Shown here: positions 36,229-48,504 of the stretch, piece after piece
How positions within the stretch are numbered: the first letter of the stretch is position 1
How the letters are laid out: every line of letters begins with the position of its first letter
DNA from: Octopus vulgaris
Lineage: Eukaryota
Length of the DNA: 64,000 nucleotides
Direction of reading: 5' to 3'
NCBI GenBank assembly: GCA_951406725.2
Contig: OX597831.1
Span: 54,436,001 to 54,500,000, forward strand
The notes under the pieces: generated by a model
Database searches by the model: none
Seen by the model: the letters and a program-made list of their open reading frames with translations, nothing else
Told to the model about the DNA's origin: nothing
Translations under genes and position numbers: made by a program

Positions 36229-38365
36229 TTTTGTTCTTTTCATGTGTCATTAAAACAATATTTTGAACATTTTATAAATGCATTACTAGCATTTACTGGA
36301 AATAACTCCTTGCATTGAATGCTATTTTTAATTCCTGTTTATCTACATTTTTAGTTCTTGGGAAACATTTTAACTGAAATTTTGTAACCTTTGAAATTAT
36401 CTAAAAATATTTTTACTCTAGTTTTCCTAAGCTAGCATAGGCTGGATAAGTTAAACAAATTCAGATATTTGTATTTACGTTTCACAAGCTACAAACGTTT
36501 ATACCAATACTTGAAACCTACAGCTCAATAACTGTGTAGTGGTAGAAAATATTAAGACCAATAATGTACTTCACTTGAGAACTAGTACAAAAATAAAGTA
36601 GGTAAATTAAAATGAAATCTGTGTTTATAACATTATTAAACTAAAAGAATTTTATTGTTCTTTGTGATATATTTGTCTCAACTTTTGGCTTTGAAAATCC
36701 CATAGGTCTTCAAAATGTTGTACATATGAGCCACATTCACCTTGATGGCAAGTGTGTTATTGATGAAAAATATTTAAGGATAACCACGGAAAGGGATGAA
36801 GGGAAATATGTTCTCTGGAACTCTAAATTTTCATTCTAAGATATGAGTGAAGACAAATATTTAAAGCTGTTATATTATTTGGGAATCTACAAAAGCCGTT
36901 CATCACATAAAGCTATTTCATCTTGGTCTACATTGTTATTGATTAACTTGGGTTAGCCCTGGTCAAAGGCGTTCCAGCTGTGATCATCCAGTCTTTTTGC
37001 TGCTACTTTCAGGTTTAGTCTAGGACTGTATTCCCAAGCTGTTAGGGTGAGGGAGATTTGGTTGCTATTACTAGCAAATCAAATAACCACATAAAGGCTT
37101 CTGTTGTTATTTGCCCCTGAATGAGCAGCTTATGATTAAAATGTATTTCAGTTTAACTGGCTCATTTTTTTGTCTTTATGACTACATTGTCCAATGTTTT
37201 TTTTCTTTCTCATAAATGTGGTGTGATTTGAGGGAGATTTTGTTGCTAGTTCTAGCAGATCAAGTGACCACATAGGGGGTCCCTCATTGGTTCTTAAAAA
37301 GTTTCTATTTGTTACATAGTTGTGTAGGCCTGTGTAGATATTTGAACTTCCTTATTCTTTGGTCATTATTTCATTATTTTGCTCTGATGTTGGTAATCTT
37401 GAAGGTTTGAAATAGATTTAATATTGCAACTGTCAATGATGAGGTGAGAAACCTGAAGACTGATATCTGAAATGTGAAGTGTAAGACCCACAGATATGGC
37501 AGAGAGATCACAAAATAAGTATAGCAATACCTTTTTAATAGAAGTTGGATCCCTGAAAGTTTAGCATCTTAGTATCCAGAATTATTCAAAATATTTGTAA
37601 TGGACTTGTTAAACTTGGTAGATCTGATGTTACAGAAACAAGTGTAATATGGATATTGATAGTTAGGAAAGCGGAAAGCATATTTGGCAGTTTTCTTTAT
37701 TGTTTGGCATAGTCTGTTATCAAAGCTGTTGGTGTATGTGGCTTGCTTAAATATATTACAGCCATTGGGGCAACGTATTGATTTATTAATCACAAAACAA
37801 TAAAATAAATTCTCCTTTACTATTAAGAAGAAAATGAAAAGACTGAGATGAAGTTTTAATACAAGCAATCATATAGAAGATATTCATTTTCAAAATGTTT
37901 CTGCAAGGTATATTCATGTGTCATCTGTATAGTGTGTGTGCATCTACCCATACATCTTTCCCTCTAGTCAGCCAACCATCTGTCTTTTCATCTCTCCCTT
38001 CATCCATCCATCTATCCCTCCCTCCCTCCCTCCAACTGTGCATGCATGCATCCATCCACATCATGTATGTATTTATTTATTTATTTATGTATGTATGTGT
38101 GTGTGTATGTACCCTTATCTTGATATTACATGATGATTACAAATAAGCATCATCATCATCATCATTTACGCAATGTTGTTCATTTCCAGTCTTTCATGAA
38201 GAACATGTCTAGCCATGGAGAAATGTTACCTTGCCGGGAAACAGGTGAGGGTCGGCATCAAGAAGGGTATCAAATCATAGAAAATCTGCCTCAATAAATT
38301 CTGTTTGACCCATGCAAGCATGGAAAAGTGAACATTAAATGACAATCCATATGTATGTATATGTA

Positions 38366-39229
38366 CGTGGTCTGATCAGTAAGTATCCAGACTGTTGCCA
38401 TAGTAACAAAGCTAAAGCATGCAGAATGAAGCCACTTGGCACAGATTGACTGTGAACTCTGCTGTGCATGCACACTAAGTTTTAACATTGTAGCTAACTT
38501 CTGCTGTTTACAGCAGTGATTGGAAGAAATCTATGTAGTGTGTGATTGTCACATTGACCATGGCAGAGAAAATTGAGCAGAGAATCTGCATCAAATTTTG
38601 CCAAAAGCTTGGCAATATCTTCTCAGAGGCCTACGCAAAATTTTCAAAAAGTTTTCATCATTTTTGACACAATCAAGGCGGTCTTATGCAACTGAAACCT
38701 GAGTGTCTTCTTGGTCTGCTGAAAGCAGTTTTGGCACAAACTTGGCAGATATGCATCTCATACCCAATTTTTCAGTGATATGAATTGAACTGTAACTAAT
38801 CTGCACATCTGATAACTCACGGACAGTGATTTGACAATTTCCCCTCGGCTGCACGCACACCTGCGATGTTTTCTCAGTTCTGCTGGTTGCTGGTCTCCCA
38901 GAATGTTCGTCAATATCAACATTTCTTCAGCCATCTTGATAATGCCTGAACCACTTGTACATGGCTCATACACTCCTCTCCATACACTTTCTGCAACTCT
39001 GTGTAGACTTCTGAGCAGGTATTGCCATGACAACTTCACAGTCATGGTCAATGCAACAATCGCATGCTACACACCTTCCTACCAAGCACAGTGGAAGTGA
39101 GCTAGAACATTAAAACTTAGTGTGCATGCACAACAGCGTTCACAGTCAATTTTTGCCAAGCAGCTTCACTCTATGTGCTTTAGCTTTGTTACTATGGCAA
39201 CAGTCTGGATACTTATTGATCAGACCTCG
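38366..39229. mobile_element. Palindromic mariner derivative made of two 5' ends, TA TSD
   Basis: TA|CGTGGTCTGATCAGTAAGTATCCAGACTG ... CAGTCTGGATACTTATTGATCAGACCTCG|TA; + arm encodes MAEKIEQRICIKFCQKLG; - arm encodes LQKVYGEECMS..DEHSGRPATSRT..LGMRCISAKFVPKLLS. Confidence 0.88.
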
Positions 39230-39466
39230 TATATAACATTGTGCTGCTTGGTGTTGTAAATTAGCACTACTTAATGTTTCAGACATGTAGATTCGGGCTT
39301 CAAATTTGATATTGTAACTTTTTGTATTTTCCTTGGCATTTAACTTATTATTTATTTAAATCTAGTGTTCCTCATTGGAAAATCTATATTAAACTTTATT
39401 TCTATTAGTAATTTATGAATAGAACCAATTATTTTCATAATTTCATTTTCTTAATGATCCTGCTGT

Positions 39467-39504
<38 letters not shown>

Positions 39505-40406
39505 ATAGTGTGTCTCCTCAGTTATTTACATTTCTGAAATGATCTGTCTATTGTTATCAGGCCAGAGGGATTGAATTCCTTACCTTGTTTGTGAAAATAA
39601 GACATCTAATATAAAATTCCTTTTGTTGTGTCAATAACTTCGATTTTTTTTTTCTTTCAAGATTGAATTTACTTTTGGCTACAAAATATTGATGTGTACA
39701 TAAGCTGTAAATATTATATTATGGCTAGCAAAAATTGATAAAAAAAAGTATATATATATATATATTAACATTTTGACTTTAAAATTGATTTTTCTTGTAA
39801 AATATTGTGAAGTTTAAAGTATTACATGAATATTATTCCATCAACTCTTTAAGCATGTATTCTCAAACACTGGACAATTCCTTATATTAGGGGTGCTCTA
39901 TGTAATACCTAGCATGCACTCACAGCAGTGATGAATATTTGCATTGTATGCTGAGTTTTCTTTCTGCTATGGGCAATGGAGAAAGTAATAAAGAAAGATA
40001 AAATGTAATAATTTTTACTCAATCACTGTTATATTAGCTAAACTCATAATAATTGATGAATTTCCTTTTAGACTTGTTTTTAAATGTTTCTTTCTGAGAA
40101 ATAGCTACTTATATTGTTTATATTATGAAATGGTGTGGTAGCCATTAAAAATGATGGGATTTACTTTTAGGCTTCCCGTGCATCTGTATTTTCTCTAACA
40201 AAACTTTTAGTTATGTCTCCATTTTCGATTTGAAGAAATGGGTTTTTGAGGTGCAAATTGGGACCCAGGTACTGGCCTATATTAAAAACACAATGCAATA
40301 CATCTGGTGGGTACTCCTTCCGGTCTTTCAAAATGTGACCTCGTGTGTACTGTTGGCGATTTTTTTTTCCTCTGTCTTCCCTTCTCTGGATCTTTCCTTC
40401 TCCTAT

Positions 40407-40441
40407 GTTTCCGACGAAGAGCTCCGCTCGAAACATTAAAC
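40407..40441 (+). ncRNA. Minimal type I hammerhead-like motif in a probable Penelope-type terminal repeat (~40170-40535)
   Basis: GTTT-CCGACGA-A-GAGC-TCC-GCTC-GAAA-CATT-AAAC: stem I GTTT/AAAC, stem II GAGC/GCTC; core has C in place of U (CCGACGA versus CUGANGA). Confidence 0.55.
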
Positions 40442-40533
40442 CCTTCTTCTTCCCTGAGCATCCAATAATACTATATTTGTTCCACCTCCTCGCGTTGTTG
40501 TGTTTTTTTGTGTTTTCTTGTTTGGATTAACTT

Positions 40534-40567
<34 letters not shown>

Positions 40568-42329
40568 TATATATATGTATTTGAATACTTATCAGATATG
40601 CAAAATTATCATGACTTTTTTCTCTCTCATATGATCAGATAGGGTAACCTTAGTTAATTTGCATATGGAATAAATTTTGCAAACATAAATTTTAGTATAG
40701 ATGGTGCAACCTCCTGGCTTGCTAGTCCCCAGTCAAACTGTCCAACCCATGCCAGCATGGAAAGCAGACGTTAAATGATGAAGGTGATTTAACATGGTAA
40801 TTCCTTAATTGTAATACTTTTCATAAAGCTGCTTGATTTTGTGAGTTTCTTTGACTTTTGTAAAATCTTCAATTTGCAATTTGAAAGCAAATGATTAGTT
40901 AGCTGAACTCTACATAGCACCTAATGACTTGGCTGTCTTATACCCCCAGTTAGTTGTTTTGAAATGCAATTCCTCATTGGCACTCACCCTGTCTCTTTGA
41001 TTCTTTCATTTGAGTTGACCACTCTGACCAGTGTAACACCTCCCTCCATTTTCACCTTCATTTTAATTCTCCTACTATCACTCACTGTATGTTTGTCATT
41101 TGATAGCCTCCTACTTTCATACTCAGCAGCAGATAGAAAAACAAAAAAAGATGATACATGTCTTGGCCTGTCGTAAATGAAGATGTTAATATTGATAGCT
41201 TGTTGATATTTTACTATATCAAATAAACATTTTGCATTGAAACAGCAATAATGTTTATTTAAGTTTGATAAAATATTTCTTAGCACTACACTGAAGAGTT
41301 ATCTCAGCAAAATAGAACTTCTGAATTTGTCATTTAATTTCACTCAAGCAGATTCTGATTTGAAGCTTCTACCAGCTGTGATATATAGTATTATTTTATA
41401 TATTAGAGTTTAGAAACTGATAGATTTTGATCTCTGGGCAATACAAGAGTTTAAAAAAAATAGTAATGCAATAGAGACAGATTTTTATCATTTTTTGGGC
41501 AGCTAACATTGTTGTATATGAACTGACTTTCATAGGCCCATTTGTGTGTGAGACATTTTTCCTGTCATCCAATGCATACATATTTTGTTTTGTTTTATTT
41601 CACTTGAAATTACCATGTGTTATACATTAGATACACATGAAGTGGGGTAAGACAGGAGGAAATATACATTATCTGGCATAATAAAAAAGAACATTTTAAA
41701 TGAAACCATATTATTGAATATTTAACTCATAAAATCTTGTGCTTTCTCTTTATAAATCTCCCAATCCTGTTAGGAACTAGAGATTTTGATGAAATGTAGT
41801 TATTCCAATATAAAATGTAATTATTGCTTGAATTTGGTTAACATTTTCAGTTGTGATATAATGATCATTGGAGTACATTGTGAATATGGTTTTTATCTAC
41901 TGTAATGTTCTTTCACCTGCCAAGGCTGGTTGAATACAATTAAGTTGATTAAGTTGATATTGTTTCCTAGGCATAAATTTCCTAATTGAATCATTTATAA
42001 ATGAATAGTAATAAGTAAATCATAATAAATAATATCACTGAATTCTAACTCTCTGCATCAGATATTAACTACTGTTTGCTTGAAAATCTAAGGGAAGAAA
42101 AAATGCAACTTTCTTTTTGCACAGAAGTGGGCTTCATTTCAGTTTTTGACCTGCTGCTTTTTCAAACAGTAATGCTATTTTACACTGCAGTTTTGTGCAG
42201 TTTTAAGACATAGCAACAGATGTGAATATCTGCAGTATATGACTTTAAAAGTTAATGTCGAATATTTAAAATAATACAAATTGAAACATGTTGCATGATA
42301 TTAAAATGGAGATATTATTCCTAATTTTT

Positions 42330-42695
42330 TTAGTTGTTTCAGTCAATTGACTGCAGCCATGCTGGAGCACCACCTTTGTTTTAGTCAAAATCGATCCCAA
42401 GACTTATGCTTTGTAAGCCTGGAACATATTCTATCAGTTTCTTTTGCTGAACTGCTAAGTTATGGGGACATAAACATACCAACATCAGTTGTCAAGTGAT
42501 GGTGGTGGACAAACATGGACACAAAGACACACATACAAATATATACATGTATGTATATATACAACTGGCTTCTTTCAGTTTCTGTCTACCAAATCCACTC
42601 ACAAGGCTTTGGTCAACCCGAGGCTATAGTAGAAGGTACTTGCCCAAAATGTCATGCAGTGGGACTGAACCCAGAACCATCTGGTTGGGAAGCAA
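42330..42695 (-). mobile_element. SINE-A, near full length
   Basis: Collinear with 9378-9766. Confidence 0.85.
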
Positions 42696-44417
42696 AATTT
42701 TCATATTTAAATTTCTTTTTTACATATTCATTCTTAATTTGTTCTGTGAAGTTGAACGCGATGGATATGTATTTGCTAATTGTTGTTGTATCTTATTAAA
42801 TGAAAAGAATTCTTTTCAAGTGAATGTGTGTTCATAACAAATTTGATTCATTAGCATAAGGGGAATTTGGAACGCCCAGTATTTCAACATTGTTGTGTCT
42901 CCTAAGCCAAAGCTACCCAGGACTAATGATTCTAACAAGTTTGTGGCTCCTGTTTATAACATCAGCAAACAAATTATTTGCTATGTGCTAACTGGCAATA
43001 AATCATCCTGATGAACAGTGAGAATTAAAACTGGCTTTTTAAAATCTTCATTATCAAAATTCATTCCTCATCATTCTCAGTTTTAAAAAAAAATTTTTTT
43101 ATTGCTGTTGCTCTCCTCTATGTGTTGATTTTTATAGGAATTCCTCTTTAGTATTATTAAAAGCATTACTTGTTCAGGTTTTCTTAAAAGCTTTTATTTT
43201 TACTTCATTCCTAATTGAAATCCATGCAATACTTATTGACACACCTGTAAAAGATAATAGGTTGCTTAATTCATTCCATAGGTGCTAGAGCAGTTATCTG
43301 TTTATTCCATTCTTCACCTATGACATTTTTGAATAGCTTGTTAATAAAAACATTCAACAGCCACAATTACATACTCAGTGCACCAGATATTATTACTGTT
43401 TTCCTTTTACAATTACTAAAATGCTTTTTCATACTATCAGTTGTTAGGGCTCTAAACTGATCTAGAACTAATAGGAACAGTGTCTTAAGCTGCCCACCAT
43501 GTAGTTTCATCCTTTCATCCAGCCAACTTTTGTGATGGTTATGGAAAATATATAACATTTAGTAATTCTTTTTTTTTATGATTTTTCACCCCTTAAAAGT
43601 CCACAGTGATGGTAATTTTTACTTGTCTGTAGCACATACTAAGAGGCCACAGTAGAATATGCTTTCTCTTGTCCTGAATGCCACTGTTTTGTTTTGAAGG
43701 AACATGAAAAATAAGGGGAGACTTTATCCTCGTATGTTGCCCTTCAATATCTGTTTGTCACCTTGCTCTAATTATAAATCTCAGAAATGCAATGATTTTG
43801 CTTCATATGCTCCAGTGAAAGTTTTATTTTCTCTATGCAGTCATAGGCAATGTCTACTCATAGATGTATGGTTCCATGAGCTTGTCCTTTAATAAAAAAA
43901 AATCACTGATTCTGCTGTCAATCATAATTCTAGCTTCACATATGATTGATTATTTTTGTTGTTATTGATATCCACACTTTCGACCTTCCCATCTATTCTA
44001 ACTGCAGCCACTTAACAATGCCCATACAAAAATTACACTTAATCTGTGTTGCTTTCTTTTTGCTTTTACCATGCCTTAGCTATACTTTCAGTTGGTCATA
44101 CTGCAAAATGTCCTTTAGCTACCCAATTACCCTTCTCTTTTCCAAAAGTGTATAACTAAGTTTAACAGTAGCTGTGACTGCATCCCCCACCCTCCTTTTT
44201 AAAATTTTTTTTAGATAACCATTAGGGATAGATTTGGATAGAATGTTATGACATTTAAGAATGTTGTCAAAGACTGACTTTTCTGCTAGTTGTAGTGCGT
44301 AAGTAGCAATAGATGATGCATCAGCTCGAGTCTCCAAAACCTGCTTCTTAAATATCATATTCATGCCAATGTAGGAGATTTAGTTTGTCTTTTGAGATTT
44401 CATATATTTTTTCTTAA

Positions 44418-44642
44418 CCCTTTTGTTACTGTATTTATTTTGAAATGCTCTGTATTTCTTTCAGTTACTTTAAATATAACAAAGAATTTAGTAAAATAAC
44501 TTAGTTATCATTAAGCTAGTGTAGTGTTAGGAACATAAATTGTGAGTATTGTTTGGTGGAAGATTTTAATTCAGAACTTATGAAAACAGGACATTTGTAC
44601 TCAGAGCCGGTGCCAGTTTCAGCCAGGTTGGTAACAAATGGG
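44418..44642. mobile_element. piggyBac-like MITE, second family
   Basis: TTAA|CCCTTTTGTTAC ... GTAACAAATGGG|TTAA (11/12 TIR match). Confidence 0.85.
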
Positions 44643-44659
44643 TTAAATATTGAAAAAAG

Positions 44660-45040
44660 TAGCTTGTTTACCAACCACATGGTTCTGGGTTCAATCCTAC
44701 TGCGTGGCACCGTGGGCAAGTGTCTTCTACTATAGCCTCGGGCTGACCAAAGCCTTGTGAGTGGATTTGGTAGACGGAAACTGAAAGAAGCCCGTCGTAT
44801 ATATGTATATATATATGTATGCGTGTTTGTGTGTTTGTGTTTGTCCCCCTAGCATTGCTTGACAACCGATGCTGGTGTGTTTATGTCCCCGTTACTTAGC
44901 GGTTCGGCAAAAGAGACCGATAGAATAAGTACTGGGCTTACAAAAGAATAAGTCCCGGGGTCGAGTTGCTCGATTAAAGGCGGTGCTCCAGCATGGCCGC
45001 AGTAAAAAAAAAAAAAATAAATACCTAAAAGAATAAAAGA
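44660..45040 (+). mobile_element. SINE-A, young copy, slightly 5'-clipped
   Basis: B box GGTTCAATCC, GGGCAAGTGTCTT, many intact CpGs, tail GGCGGTGCTCCAGCATGGCCGCAGT followed by an A-rich end. Confidence 0.9.
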
Positions 45041-45759
45041 AACTGTTTTGTGCTGAAGTTACTGTACTTCCTGGTATATAATCTAAACATTTTTAGTAGA
45101 AGTTTCTTGTGTCAAGGCACAATATAAAAATGTTTAAAATGTTTTGCCTTAGAATGTTTAGAAATAGATAATATAATTTATGACTCAATGCAACCTGCCT
45201 GTTCATTATTGAAGTTAGTGAGAGCCATATTTTTAAAGTAAAACGATGAACATTTTAATATTTCTATTACTAATTTGAAATCACAAATATACTTTTCTGT
45301 CTCTTTTTGCATTCAAGTGTATAAAATATTCCACCTCCAGCACTTTTCCTACAGTTTCTGAAGGGTTATCTTTAAAATTTCTTATAAATAAGTAAATGTT
45401 ATTTATAAATATATTATGAGCTGCAGTAGGTAATGAACGATGTGTAACCAATTGGACATGTATAACATGAATTGGAAAGATATATGAAATGCCAATGGGA
45501 CAAAATGTTTGGATGTAAGAGATATTGATTACTGAATGGAAAGGAAACATCTTTAATGAATTTAATTGATGATAATAATAATGTTGATTGTTAAAAATGT
45601 GTCTTAAAACAAGAACTTGAAAACTGACAGGCTAGGTCATAGCAGACTTGAAGTAATTAGGAGTTGTTTAGAGAAATTAGCTGCTACAGATGAATTGATA
45701 TTATGATGGTTGGAAAATGATAGTTTTGTTTCATATGAACAATTAACATAGCATGAAAT

Positions 45760-45920
45760 ATTTCTGCATCGCCAACCACTCATCTCTTCTTTCATTACCC
45801 TTGTTGTGTCCAACACCCCCGCAATCCCTGCCTTGACCATTATATCTAGCCCTTCCTAGAATGTTAATCCTCTGGAACTTCCTCCCTACTTTTATGTTTT
45901 TCTCCAACAGGTATTTACTT
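45760..45920 (+). pseudogene. Very old Jockey/CR1-group LINE C-terminal relic
   Basis: LPRMLILWNFLPTFMFSP resembles the FxPRTxxxWNxLP terminal motif. Confidence 0.35.
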
Positions 45921-47142
45921 GTAATGGTTCTTAATGGCTTCAGCAATATCACTGTTCTTGGAGAGCCTATAATAGCCATGGGCAATGCCCCTCCCCCACA
46001 CACACTTAAGAACTAGAAAGTAAAAAAAAAACATTCTTGGTGTGGAAGCTTCCTGTTAAATCCGTCCAATGAAGTATATGCCATTAGAGCTCTCAGTCTG
46101 TCTCTCTCAGGTATATTCTAGCAACTTTGGTACATTCGAAGGTTCTGTGATTTCTTCCACATTTCCATTTGTACATGAATGACCTCTAACAATACATATT
46201 CCCCTAACAGAAGATATTATCCTTTCATTCCTTCTTAACTTTGTGCACTTATGGGCATTCCCACATGCTGTAAAGCTAATTTACACCAGGTATGTGTTGC
46301 TTCCATGAACAGACCCTGAGAAGATGCTTCAATGAGGACATGACAACCTTCAGTGGCATCAAGACACAATCACTACATATTTTCATGGAAACATCATATG
46401 CAGGCCCACTCCACATAAAAAATTCTGCAATTAAAATAAAACTCCTAAATTCACTGCAAATGCTAGGGTTCAGTCTCTGCATCTCAAAGATTAGTCCTCC
46501 CCTTGAGAGCCTCAAAATAGTTTAGTCCTGATCAAATGCTAACCACCTACAAAGCTGAAGCATGATCCAAATTAGAGTACCGGGGATAGAGTTGCTGCTA
46601 CCACACACACACACACACCATGCTATGCCACACTCGCACACCAACACATACATTTATATATACACACACTTATCTTAAACTTTATGAAAAACAATGTCAT
46701 TTGGCTGATTGTCAAATATTTCCCCCACAAGCTTCAACCATTGGTTGACATATGTGGTATTCCTTCTTTCTGCCTCTTCTGTACAATGGTCTCTGTTCTT
46801 CTGAGCTAGCTACCTCCTGCATCATCATGTGGTGTATCTAGGATACATCAGCTTGCCAGGGTTCAATCATTCCCTTAGGCATATTCACAAGAAGAGTTTA
46901 GACTCAGCACTACATTCAATTTTACAGTGATGTTGCAATTTAAATTAGTGAGTTATCCTACCATATAGTACCTATTTACAGCTTGGTGGATTAAGCTTTT
47001 TAAGATTTAGTTGTACTGGGGATTAACTCTGTTTTTTTAATATCTATTTTAAGGTTGAAAGGAACTGAATTGGTATATTCAGTGCTTCCCTGTAAATTAA
47101 TGATGACCTGCTGCTATACCAACATATAACATTTGTGTTTTA

Positions 47143-47516
47143 TCATTTACTTGTTTCAGTCTTTGGGTTGCAGCCATGCTGGGGCAATTTGAAGGGTTTT
47201 AAGTCAAAGAAGCTGACCCCAGTACTTAATTTTTAAAAGTCTGTTACTTATTCTGTTGTCTCTTATGTGGAACTGCTAAATTACAGGGATTCAAATAAAC
47301 CAACACAGAGGGCATACACCCACCCACCTACACCACACACACACTCACACACACACATAATTGGTTTCTTTCAGTTTCTGTCTACCAGATCCACTCTCAA
47401 GACTTTTGTCAGTTCAGGGGCTATAGTAGAAGACACTTGTCCAAGGTGCCACACAGTGGGACTGAACTTGAAACCATGAGGTTGAGAAGCAAACTACTTA
47501 CCACAATGCCATGCCT
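47143..47516 (-). mobile_element. SINE-A, older copy
   Basis: Collinear with other SINE-A copies. Confidence 0.8.
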
Positions 47517-47925
47517 GGTTGTCATTCTTTGAAATGAAAAAAAAAAAAAAAAAGAGAGAGAGAAAAGAAAATTCTGATATTGGAATTTGTGGTTCAGTTA
47601 AAGTAAAATAACTATCGGCTTAAAGGTATTTAATAATACTGTGTGAATGAATAGTGAAGGAAAGAGCGTAAATGATGAACTGTTTCAGGACGTCTCTCAT
47701 TTATAATAGGTCAGATGTCTGTAATTATAGTTCATATTTGGACAATTACTGATTATTCTCTCCCTTTCCACCTCTGTAATCTGATTTATATATCTAGCTG
47801 TTCAGCTTTTGCTACACTATATAACTTACCACTGAAATTCAGATTTCTACACTCTGTGCATACACAGAATGTGAATGTGTATAAAGTAATTCTTCAGCTA
47901 GTGACTTGCTGTTATCTTACGGCCA

Positions 47926-47959
47926 GATTTCTATTCTTGTATTTTTGTTGCAGGTATGA
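47926..47959 (+). other. Strong 3' splice acceptor immediately followed by a donor-like sequence (CAG|GTATGA)
   Basis: GATTTCTATTCTTGTATTTTTGTTGCAG|GTATGA; AG at 47952-47953, on the same strand as exon 1. Confidence 0.45.
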
Positions 47960-48249
47960 ATGCCTGTGTCCATAGTAAATGTAAAAAACTTTATTTTTAT
48001 TTGCAACTGAATCCGTTTGTTAGGCAATTTATCGGTGGCATTTAAGTATCTGGAACACTGTAAGAAGCATATTGCATAGTAACCTGTTTAATTAATATGA
48101 AATCTTTGTGTTAGACATGAGAGCAGTAAATCTTATTTGGGAAGTTATTAAAGCTGGTTGTGTTTAACATATTTGTCAAGAAGCTTCCACATTTTGTTAC
48201 CACTGTTAAAATAACAAATATTTATATTACTTGTAGAAGCTTGTCTAGA

Positions 48250-48392
48250 CATGGCTGTGTAGTAAGAAGCTTGCTTCCACACCACATGGTTCCAGGTTCA
48301 GTCCCACTGAATGGCACTTTGGGCAGGTGTCTTCTATAGCCTTAAGCCAACCAACTGGATTTGGTAGATGGAAACTGAAAGAAGCCTGTTGT
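48250..48392 (+). mobile_element. SINE-A head whose microsatellite hosts the CR1-group LINE
   Basis: CATGGCTGTGTAGTAAGAAGCTTGC...GGAAACTGAAAGAAGCCTG. Confidence 0.85.
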
Positions 48393-48403
48393 ATGTATGT
48401 ATG

Positions 48404-48436
<33 letters not shown>

Positions 48437-48467
48437 ATATATATATATATATGCAGATGATACAAAA

Positions 48468-48499
<32 letters not shown>

Positions 48500-48504
<5 letters not shown>

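Noticed and set aside
46095-46116. Second AG|GT site (TCTGTCTCTCTCAG|GTATAT)
   Set aside because: Weaker donor, an upstream AG within the tract, and located in probable decayed LINE sequence
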